This document shows, piece by piece, positions 55,258-64,000 of a DNA stretch of 64,000 nt (within the stretch, counting starts at the first letter, position 1; the number at the start of each line of letters is the position of its first letter). Source of the DNA: an uncultured Gemmataceae bacterium (lineage in GTDB: Bacteria > Planctomycetota > Planctomycetia > Gemmatales > Gemmataceae); contig CAVVPN010000011.1 in assembly GCA_963750165.1 (NCBI GenBank), forward strand, positions 1,120,001 through 1,184,000, written 5' to 3'. A program made the translations under genes and the position numbers. Under the pieces are notes generated by a model. It ran no database searches. It saw only the letters and a list, made by a program, of their open reading frames with translations, and had not been told where the DNA came from.

Positions 55258-56969
55258 ATGGCTAACACAACTTCGGTTCGTGGCAAGCGCAGCCCGGAAA
55301 CCAACACCCCTGAGAAGAAAAAGCCCGCGGCCGATGTCACCACCGTCGGCGGCAAGCGCGGCATCGACCTCCTGCACGATCCCGTGCTCAACAAGGCCAC
55401 CGCCTACACCGAGGCGGAGCGTCAGGCCTTCGGCCTGGTGGGGCTGGTCCCGGACGCGATCGAGTCGGCGGATCTCCAGCTCCGCCGGGTTCTGCAGCAA
55501 CTTGGGCACAAGAACACTGACCTGGAACGCTACATTTACCTGGCCAGCCTGCTGGACAATGACGAAACCCTCTTCTACCGCACGGTGATGTCGGACCCGG
55601 CGCGGTTCCTGCCCATCGTGTACGACCCGACCATCGGCGAAGCCTGCCTGAAATTCGGCCACATCTACCGCCGGGCGCACGGCCTGTACCTGTCGATCGC
55701 GCCAAGGGACACGTCAAGGAGGTGCTGCGCAACTGGCCGGTCAAGGACGTGCGGACCATCTGCGTGACCGACGGCGGCCGCATCCTCGGCCTGGGCGACC
55801 TGGGCGCCAACGGCATGGGCATCCCCATCGGCAAACTCCAGCTCTACACGGCCTGCGCCGGCGTGCCGCCGCACGGTCTGCTGCCGATGTACCTCGACGC
55901 CGGCACCAATAACCAGACCTATCTCAATGACCCGCTCTACCTCGGACTGCGCCGGCCGCGTCCCACGACCGAGGAACTGTACGCCTTTGTGGACGAGTTC
56001 GTCGCGGCGGTGCAGGAGGCGTTCCCGCTCTGTTGCATCCATTTCGAAGACTGGACGGGCAGCGATGCGGTCCACCTGCTGGCGCGCTACCGCGACAAGG
56101 TGTGCTGCTACAACGACGACATTCAAGGTACGGGCAGTGTGACGCTCGCCGGGTTGCTCGCCGCCCTCAAGGTCACTGGCGGCAGGGTCCGCGACCAGCG
56201 CATCCTCTTCCTCGGTGCCGGTTCCGCCGCCATCGGCCTCGCCGGCCTGATCACCGCCGCCGCGGTGCAGGACGGACTGTCCCTCCGCGAGGCGCAGGCA
56301 CGCATCTCGATGTTCGATATCAACGGCCTGCTTGAGCCGAGCCGCAAGGACCTGTTCGACTTCCAGAAGCCGTACGCCCACCCGCACGCGCCGACCCGGG
56401 ATTTCGTCGCCGCCATCGAGTCCATCAAGCCGACGGCAATCATCGGCGTCAGCACGGTGGGCAATACCTTCACCCGGCCGGTCATCGAAGCGATGTCCCG
56501 ACTCAACGACCGGCCCATCATCTTCGCGCTCTCGAACCCCACCGAGCACGCGGAGTGTACCCCCGAGGCGGCGTACGAGTGGTCCAGGGGCAAGGCGCTG
56601 TACGCGGCCGGGGTTCAGTTCCCGCCGGTGTCCTACGGCGGACGGACGTTCCTGCCGGGGCAGGCCAACAATTTCTACATCTTCCCCGCAGTCGGCATGG
56701 CCATTTACGCCACGCAGACCAGGCGCGTGACCGACGAAATGTTCATCGCGGCGGCACACGCCCTCGCGGATCAGGTGACGCCCGCGCAGCTGGAGCAAGG
56801 ACTGCTCTATCCGCCGCCGTCGGACATCCTGGAAACCGAGATCAAGGTGGCCGCTCGCGTGGCCCAGGTGGTGTTCGACAGTAACCTTGCCCGCGTTGCG
56901 CGCCCGAAGGACTGCGAGGCGTTCATTCGCAGCCAGGTTTACAAGCCGGAGTACCACAGTCTCCCGTAG
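55258..56969 (+). CDS. maeA: NAD-dependent malic enzyme (apparent frameshift ~55700)
   Basis: [52 protein letters not shown]. Confidence 0.88.
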
Positions 56970-57032
56970 TGGGTCGGAGCCCGAGCGGTTGGGTTCGCGG
57001 GAAACGTTCATCGACGGGTGGGGGAGGTGGGC

Positions 57033-57479
57033 ATGGCCGTTTTCGAGCGCACGCTGTTGTTGCCCCGACCGGTCGCCACGGTGTTCGCGCTGCTGCTGGA
57101 CCCGCAGCGCACGCTGGCCCTGGCGCCGCCGGAATTACACCTGCGGTTGGTCGAGGCTCCCGACCGCCTGGCGCTGGGCAGCCGCATCGTCCGCGCCGGC
57201 CGCCGCTGGGGCCTGCCGCAGCGCGTCGACAGCGAAATCACCGCCCTGGAGGCGGACGCACTGCTGGTCGAGACGCAGGTGCAGGGGCCGTTCCGTCGCT
57301 GGGTTCACGCCAGTCACCTCACCGCGACCGAGGCTGACGGTTGTGCGCTGCGTGAGTGCGTCGAGTTCGAGCCGCCGGGCGGCATGCTCGGGCTGACGGT
57401 GACGGAGCGGTTCCTGCTCAAAGACCTGGAATGGCTGTTCGACTTCCGGCACGGAAAACTGCGCGAGTTACTGGACTGA
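57033..57479 (+). CDS. SRPBCC-family protein
   Basis: VETQVQGPFRRWVH, FEPPGGMLG, LFDFRH. Confidence 0.7.
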   Translation: MAVFERTLLLPRPVATVFALLLDPQRTLALAPPELHLRLVEAPDRLALGSRIVRAGRRWGLPQRVDSEITALEADALLVETQVQGPFRRWVHASHLTATEADGCALRECVEFEPPGGMLGLTVTERFLLKDLEWLFDFRHGKLRELLD

Positions 57480-57579
57480 CGGGCATGGCGCACACGCTGC
57501 CGTTCCTCTCTACAATGGCTGTCGGCCCCGTTCGCCGTGACGACCCCACGGCCGACACCAACTTCGAGAGGATGCGCAC

Positions 57580-59697
57580 ATGCGTCGTTCGTTGTTCCCA
57601 GGCCTGCTCGGCCTGGTCCTGCTGGCGCTGGTCGGCGGCGTGCCGGCCCAGCAGCCCGACCTGAAACCGCCCGTCGCCAAAAAAGTGCCGCGGGTCTTTG
57701 AACTCCACGGCGAAAAGCTCGTCGATAATTACTACTGGATGCGTGACAAGAAGAGCCCCGAGGTCATCAAGTACCTGGAGGCCGAGAACGCCTACACCGC
57801 GGCGGTCATGAAGCCGACCGAGAAGCTGCAGGAAAAGCTCTACCGCGAATTCCTCAGCCATATCCAGCAGACCGACCTGAGTGTGCCGGTCTTCGATCAC
57901 GGCTACTGGTACTACGGTCGCACCGAGGAGGGCAAGCAATACCCCATCTACTGCCGCAAGAAGGGCAGCCTCGACGACAGGGAAGAGGTGTTCCTCGACG
58001 TGAACGAGCTGGCGAAGGGCCACAAGTTCTACAACGTGAGCGCCCGCACCATCAGCGACGACGGTCACCTGCTCGCCTACACCGAGGACACCACCGGCTT
58101 CCGCAAGTACACCCTGCGCGTCAAGGATCTGCGCACCGGCAAACTGCTCGCCGACCAACTCAGCCCCGTGGATACCGTCGTCTGGGCCGCCGACAGCAAG
58201 ACGCTGTTCTACGTCAAGGAGGACGACGCCCACCGGCCCTACCGCCTCTATCGCCACACCCTCGGCGAACCGCAGGCGAAGGACACCCTGCTGCACGACG
58301 AAAAGGATGATCTTTACAACATCGACGTCAGCCGGTCGCGCGACCGTGCGTACATTTTCCTGGGGATCGCCAGTTCGACGACCACGGAGGTGCGCTACCT
58401 CAAGCGCGACCAGCCCGGTGGTGTCCTGAAAACCATCATGCCGCGCGTGGACGACCACCGCTACGACGTGGCGCACCGTGACGGCCTGTTCTACATCCGC
58501 ACCAACAAGAACGCCAAGAATTTCCGCCTGGTCACCGCGCCCGTGGCGACGCCTGGGCCGAAACACTGGACCGAACTCATTCCGCACCGGCCCGAGGTGC
58601 TGCTCGACGACGTCGGCGCCTTCGCCAGCCACCTCATCCTGGCAGAGCGCGCCAACGGCCTGGACCGCCTGGTCGTCTTCATCCCCGAGACGAAGCAGCG
58701 CACCGAGATCGCCTTCGACGAGCCGACCTACGCCCTGGCCGGCAGTGCCAATCCGGAGTTCAAGACCACGAAATATCGCTTTACTTACCAGTCCTTCCTG
58801 ACGCCGAACTCCGTCTACGAATACGACGTGGCCACCGGCAAACGGCGACTGCTCAAGCAGACGAAGGTGCTCGGCGGCTACGACCCCAAGCAGTACCAGG
58901 CCGAGCGCATCTGGGCGACGGCGAAGGATGGCGTGAAGGTGCCCGTCAGCATCGTTTACAAGAAGGGCGTCAAACGGGACGGCACGGCACCGCTGCTGCT
59001 GTACGGCTACGGGGCCTACGGCGCGACCAATCCGGCGCGGTTCAGCGAAGCGCGGCTGAGCCTGCTGGACCGCGGCGTCGTGTACGCCATCGCCCACATT
59101 CGCGGCGGCGGCGAGATGGGCGAACCGTGGCACGACGCCGGCAAGATGCTGCAGAAGAAGAACAGCTTCACCGACTTCATCGCCTGCGTCGATCACCTGA
59201 TCGCCCAGAAGTACACGAGCCGCAAACGGCTGGCGATCCAGGGCGGCAGCGCCGGCGGTCTGCTCATGGGCGGCGTGCTGACGCTGCGGCCGGACGTGGC
59301 CGCGGTCGCCGTGCTGGAGGTGCCGTTCGTCGATGTCATCAACACCATGCTCGACGAGACGCTGCCGTTGACGGTGCCGGAGTTCCTGGAGTGGGGCAAC
59401 CCGAAAAAACTGGAAGAATATCAGTACATGAAGTCGTACTGTCCCTACACCAACCTGCGCAAGACGGCGTACCCGGCGATGCTGGTGATGACCTCGTTCT
59501 ACGACAGCCAGGTGATGTACTGGGAGCCGGCCAAGTACGTGGCCAAACTGCGGACGGTCAAGACGGACGACCGGCCGCTGCTGTTCAAGTGCAACATGAG
59601 CGCCGGCCACGGCGGCGCCTCGGGGCGCTACGACTACCTGCGCGAACGGGCGTTCGTGTATGCGTTTCTGCTGTGGCAGCTGGGCGTGGAGAAGTGA
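57580..59697 (+). CDS. ptrB: Oligopeptidase B (peptidase S9A), secreted
   Basis: DNYYWMRD, LYGYGAYG, HIRGGGEMG, GGSAGG, DSQV, AGHGG. Confidence 0.9.
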   Translation: MRRSLFPGLLGLVLLALVGGVPAQQPDLKPPVAKKVPRVFELHGEKLVDNYYWMRDKKSPEVIKYLEAENAYTAAVMKPTEKLQEKLYREFLSHIQQTDLSVPVFDHGYWYYGRTEEGKQYPIYCRKKGSLDDREEVFLDVNELAKGHKFYNVSARTISDDGHLLAYTEDTTGFRKYTLRVKDLRTGKLLADQLSPVDTVVWAADSKTLFYVKEDDAHRPYRLYRHTLGEPQAKDTLLHDEKDDLYNIDVSRSRDRAYIFLGIASSTTTEVRYLKRDQPGGVLKTIMPRVDDHRYDVAHRDGLFYIRTNKNAKNFRLVTAPVATPGPKHWTELIPHRPEVLLDDVGAFASHLILAERANGLDRLVVFIPETKQRTEIAFDEPTYALAGSANPEFKTTKYRFTYQSFLTPNSVYEYDVATGKRRLLKQTKVLGGYDPKQYQAERIWATAKDGVKVPVSIVYKKGVKRDGTAPLLLYGYGAYGATNPARFSEARLSLLDRGVVYAIAHIRGGGEMGEPWHDAGKMLQKKNSFTDFIACVDHLIAQKYTSRKRLAIQGGSAGGLLMGGVLTLRPDVAAVAVLEVPFVDVINTMLDETLPLTVPEFLEWGNPKKLEEYQYMKSYCPYTNLRKTAYPAMLVMTSFYDSQVMYWEPAKYVAKLRTVKTDDRPLLFKCNMSAGHGGASGRYDYLRERAFVYAFLLWQLGVEK

Positions 59698-59773
59698 CCT
59701 GCAGAGCCCGAGCGCCAGCGAGGATCCCTTGCTGGCGCTCGGGCTCGGATCGAGGAACCCAAGGAGTTGCGTT

Positions 59774-60853
59774 ATGGTGTGCAGAAGCATGGCGGGCCTG
59801 CTGGCGCTCGGGCTGCTGGCCGGCCTGGCGGCGCTGGCGACGGGCGAGCAGGGCGGCCAGAAGACGAAGGACGTCTGGACCGACCCGAAGGATCAAACAC
59901 TGCCCGAGGACTTCAAGGTTCAGGGCGAGTACACGGGCGATGGCGGCGCCCCGGGCTGCCAGGTGATCGCGCTGGGCAACGGCAAGTTCCAGGCCGTCCT
60001 CTACCAGGGCGGCCTGCCGGGCGCCGGCTGGAACGGCAAGGATCGCAGCCTGCTGGACGGCGCACTCGCGAACGACAAGGCCGTTTTCACGGCGGCGACC
60101 GGCAAGCGGAAATATTTGGCCCAGAAGCCCGACGAATTCTCCGCGACCCAGAAGTTCCCGCCTGTCGGCCAGAAGGACTATCAGGCGACCGTCCGCGGCG
60201 ACAGCATGACCCTCGAATCGCCGGACGGTCGGCTGATCACGATGAAGAAGGTGACACGCCGCAGCCCGACCCTGGGCAAGCAGGCTCCCGACGGGGCGCT
60301 GGTGCTGTTCAATGGCAAGGACACCAAGGAGTTCAACGGCGGCCGGCTCGACGCGAAGACCGGCCTGCTCAACACCGACGGCAAGGACATCACCACCAAG
60401 CGCAAGTTCCAGAACTACACCGTCCACCTCGAATTCCTGCTGCCGTTCCGGCCGGACGCGCGCGGCCAGGGCCGCGGCAACAGCGGCTTTTACATGGTCG
60501 ATCTGTACGAGGTGCAAATTCTCGACTCGTTCGGCCTGGAGGGCCTGAATAACGAGTGCGGCGGCGTCTACACCCGCCTCACCCCGAAGGTGAATGCGTG
60601 CCTGCCGCCATTGCAATGGCAGACGTATGACATCGACTTCACCAGCGCCACGGTGGACGACAAGGGCAAGAAGGTCAGGAACGCGCGGATCACGGCGAAG
60701 CTGAACGGCATCGTCATCTACGACAACGTGGAGATCCCCGGCACGACCGGCGGCGCCCGTAACGAGCCGGAGGGCACGCCCGGCGTGCTGCGGTTGCAGG
60801 GCCACGGCAACCCGCTCCAGTTCCGCAACATGTGGATTTTGGAGAAGAAATAG
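59774..60853 (+). CDS. DUF1080 (3-keto-disaccharide hydrolase-like) secreted protein
   Basis: VLFNGKD, HLEF, GRGNSG, YEVQILDS, WQTYDI, LQGHG...FRNMW. Confidence 0.85.
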   Translation: MVCRSMAGLLALGLLAGLAALATGEQGGQKTKDVWTDPKDQTLPEDFKVQGEYTGDGGAPGCQVIALGNGKFQAVLYQGGLPGAGWNGKDRSLLDGALANDKAVFTAATGKRKYLAQKPDEFSATQKFPPVGQKDYQATVRGDSMTLESPDGRLITMKKVTRRSPTLGKQAPDGALVLFNGKDTKEFNGGRLDAKTGLLNTDGKDITTKRKFQNYTVHLEFLLPFRPDARGQGRGNSGFYMVDLYEVQILDSFGLEGLNNECGGVYTRLTPKVNACLPPLQWQTYDIDFTSATVDDKGKKVRNARITAKLNGIVIYDNVEIPGTTGGARNEPEGTPGVLRLQGHGNPLQFRNMWILEKK

Positions 60854-60863
60854 GCGCCGGATT

Positions 60864-60948
60864 TGGCGAGCGGCGCGGCGTCAGCCCGCCGTGCTGCGCA
60901 GTTCCAAGCAGCGCACAGCACGGCGGGCTGACGCCGCGCCGCTCGCCA
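60864..60948. repeat. Long perfect REP-like palindrome
   Basis: TGGCGAGCGGCGCGGCGTCAGCCCGCCGTGCTG...CAGCACGGCGGGCTGACGCCGCGCCGCTCGCCA. Confidence 0.8.
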
Positions 60949-61025
60949 TTCAATTGAAAAGCCCGCCGCCATCGCGTACTCTTGGGACCAGAAAGCAAGC
61001 TCATGGTCCCAGAAGGAGCGCACCC

Positions 61026-64000
61026 ATGCGAAGGTTCGTGATGGCGATTCTGACGGCGGTGCTGGTGGGCGTGTGCGGGCTGCCCGCGGCACAGGCCGGT
61101 GACAAACCGGTGCGGGCGTTGTTCGTGCTGGCCGGCAGCGGCGGCCACAACATCGAAGTCAACACTCCCCCATTGTTCAAGATGATTGAGCAGGTCGGCG
61201 GCATCAAGGTGACGCTGCTGGCGCCGCCGAAGGGCAAGCCCGGCGACACCGCTCACATCGCCAAACTCGCGGAGCTGAAGCCGGGCGATATCGACGTGCT
61301 CGTCTTCTACACGGTGGGCGGCAAACTGGAGCCGGCGGCGGAGCAGGCGCTGCAAAAGTTCGTCGAGGCGGGCGGCGGCCTGGTCGCCATCCACGGCGCC
61401 ACGGCCAGCTTCGGCGGCAGCAAGACGTGGTTCAATCTCGTCGGCGCCCGCTTCGCCGGCCACGCCCCGGGCACCTACAACCTGGTCATCGACATCACCG
61501 ACAAGAAGCACCCCATCACCACCGGCGTGGCCGCCTTCCCGGTCAACGACGAGGAGTACACGTACAAGTTCGCCGAGGGCGTCAAGCGTCACGTCATCGC
61601 GCGCTTCAAGGAGCGGCCGCCGAAGTCGAAGGAAAAGACCAACAACGACGTGCTCTGGACCATTGAGGTCGGCAAGGGCCGCGTTTTCCACTGCGGCCTG
61701 GGCCACGATGTCAAGGCGTGGAGCACGCCGGAGTTTCAGAAGCTGATCCTGCAGGGCATCCACTGGGCGGCCGGCCGGCCGCAGCGCGTGAAGCTGTCGG
61801 CGGCCCGCGTGGACGCATACGGCCAACCGCTGCCCACCGGCGCCATCGCCCGCCTGGGTACGGGGCTGTTCCGCCTCCCCGGGCCGGTGCTGTTCCTCGC
61901 CCACGCCGGGCCGCAGCTCCTGGTCGCCGCCACCCGCGACGGCGATGTGCGGTTGTGGGACCTGGCCGCGGCGAAGGAGTCGCGCCGCTGGAAACTACCC
62001 ACGTCGCGCAACCTCTTCGAGCCGGGCGTGGGCAGCCCGTCACTGGCGCTGTCCGGCGACGGCACGACGATGATCTGGCGCGACGAGAAAGGGAATCTGG
62101 TCGTCGCCGACGTGGTCAGCGGCAAGGAACTGCGCCGCTGGACGCCCCAGGAACTGGAGGCCAAATTCAAGTCGGATGGCCGGGGCACGCCCACGCTGTC
62201 GCTGTCGGGGGACGGCAAACTGCTGGTCCTCGCCGAGCTGAGCAACGCCCGCTTCGGCACCGCCGGGCGGCAGGTGGGCGTCTGGCGGGTTGCCTCCGGC
62301 GATTTCGTCGGCGTGATGAAGGTGGATAAGAACCTGTCGCTGACGGCCTGCGACCTGGCCGACGACAACGGCACGCTCGCGACCCTGGAGGGCACCCCCG
62401 AGGGCATCAAGGAAAAGAAAGGACCGGACGAGGCGGTGGTGCGGCTGTGGAACGTCGCCACCGGCCAGGAACTCCGCCACTTCGCGGTGGGCAAGGACCG
62501 CTCGCGCGGCCTGCGCTTCGCCCCGGGCGGCAAGACCCTGGCCGTGGTGTTCGACAACTCGGTGCGGTTGTTCGATGCCGCGACCGGCAAGGAACAGCGC
62601 GTCTTCACCCTGGACGGCGACACGCTGCGCGGCGTGGCGTTCGCGCCGGACGGCACGCGGCTGTTCGGCCACGGCGAGCGGCAGGTGATCGTGTGGGACA
62701 CGAAGGACGGCAAGGAACAGCGCCGCTTCACGCTGGACGCGCCCACGGAGGACAGGCGCTCCGGCAAGCAGCTGCTGGCGCCTGTGGCGCTGGCACAGGA
62801 CGGCAAGACGCTGGCCGTGGGCTCAGGGGCCGGCTTCCGCCGCTGGGACGTGGCGAGCGGCAAGGAACTCAAGCAGCCGGACGGGCACCACAATTTCGTC
62901 GCCGCGCTGGCCTTCGCGCCGCAGGGCGACCGGGTGTTGTCGGCGACAACGGACTCGCCGGTGCGTCTCTGGGACGCGGCCACGGGGCGGCTGGTGCGGC
63001 AGTTCGACTTCCCGGCCGACGAGGGGCCTCAGCAGCGGGGTTTTCTCACGGAACTGACCAGGATGCTTATCAGTCCAGTGCATGTGGCGTTCGCGCCGGA
63101 CGGCCAGACGGTGGCCGCCCTGAAGCGCGGCCAGGCGCTGCAGCGCTGGGACGCCGGCACTGGCAAACGGCTGCCGGCGTGGGCGAACGCGCCCAGGGGC
63201 TAACGGGGTTCGCCTACGCGCCGGACGGCAAGACGGTGGCTCTGATCGGCGTGGACGGCGTGCTGCGACTGGTGCGGGCGGACAGCGGCAAGGCCGTGCA
63301 GCAAATGACCTGGATCGCAGGCAAGAAGGACCCGGACGGCGGCGGACGCGTGGAGGAGGTGTTCGGGGCCACGGGCTTCACGGCGGACGGCCGCACGGTG
63401 CTGGCGGCCGGCTTCGCGGCCATCAACAACGGACTGGGTTCAGCGATTCAGTTCTTCGAGGTGGCGACGGGCCGGCCGCGGTTTCAGCACGAGTTCAAGA
63501 TGAGCGCCGGTGGCGGGGGGCTGGACGAACTGGACCAGTTCCGGGCCATTGACGAGGTGATCCTGGCCGCCACGCCGTCGCCGGCGGGCCGCCGGGTGGT
63601 GACCGCTGGCTTCCTGAACTTCCGGCTGTGGGAACCGGGAGCCTCGAAGGAGGCCCGGCTGTTCGGCGGCCGGGACGTGCTGCCGTGGACGGTGGCGTTT
63701 TCGCCGGACGGCCAGTGGCTGCTGGCGGGACGGAAGAACGGAGCACTGCGCGTCTGGGACGTGCGGACGACCGCGGTGCTGGCCGACCTGCCGCTGCACG
63801 ACGGGGCGATCACGGCGCTGACCTTTTCGGCGGACGGCAAGCGACTGGCGACCGGCTCCGCGGACACGACGGGGTTGGTCTGGGACTGGGCGTATCTGCG
63901 CACGCAGGTGCTGGCGGCCAAGCCCACGACCGCGTCGCCGGCGCAGCTGGAGGCGCTGTGGCAGGGCCTGGCCGGCGAGGACGCCGCCCAGGCGAACCGC
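61026..64000 (+). CDS. ThuA-like domain + WD40-repeat protein (apparent frameshift ~63192; runs off the window)
   Basis: Signal peptide; ThuA GGGLVAIH, HPIT, DEEY, GRVFHCGLGH; 'PLPTGAIARLG' linker; many WD repeats. Confidence 0.85.

Noticed and set aside
54833..55588. 251-aa ORF as a novel fumarase fusion
   Set aside because: Only ~75 codons are FumC-like; the rest is out-of-frame overlap with the OYE and malic enzyme genes.
21173..63203. Programmed frameshifting or true pseudogenisation of purQ, RNDs, lutB, maeA and others
   Set aside because: No slippery sites or accumulated stops; single small indels in otherwise intact genes fit consensus error better.

Overview
GC-rich Planctomycetota (Gemmataceae-like) chromosomal window, judged from the 16S signature, a DUF1549/DUF1553 protein, ECF sigma factor + Ser/Thr kinase pairs and TIGR03067-type domains. 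The main finding is a stand-alone (unlinked) 16S rRNA gene on the minus strand (~18149-20499). It is interrupted at E. coli-equivalent position ~1396/1397 by an ~822-nt intron with group II (IIC-like) structure: domain V with a CGC triad, domain VI with a bulged A, a 3' AU end, and an EBS1 loop complementary to the exon. The intron encodes a LAGLIDADG homing endonuclease instead of a reverse transcriptase/maturase. The left ~7 kb looks like the end of an integrated island: an IS21 end, a kinase-WD40 gene split by an IS5, two phage-type HNH genes and a 5'-truncated tRNA-Leu(CAG). Next come aroF (with an in-frame palindromic insert), an EEP nuclease pair, an ECF-STK-Spy-like module, purQ, parDE, nadC, tRNA-Val, a DEAD-box helicase and a ClC channel. 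An accessory block (~28.5-57 kb) holds an ECF gene hit by two MITEs, a twin-permease RND operon and an organic-acid/microaerobic respiration cluster (oxalate-decarboxylase-like cupin, lutABC, poxB, cydAB, srpA-like + cytochrome b, OYE, truncated fumC, malic enzyme). About nine genes carry 1-2 nt frameshifts, all at GCGC sites. These are most likely assembly errors and possibly a methylation footprint. All calls were made by eye, without database searches.
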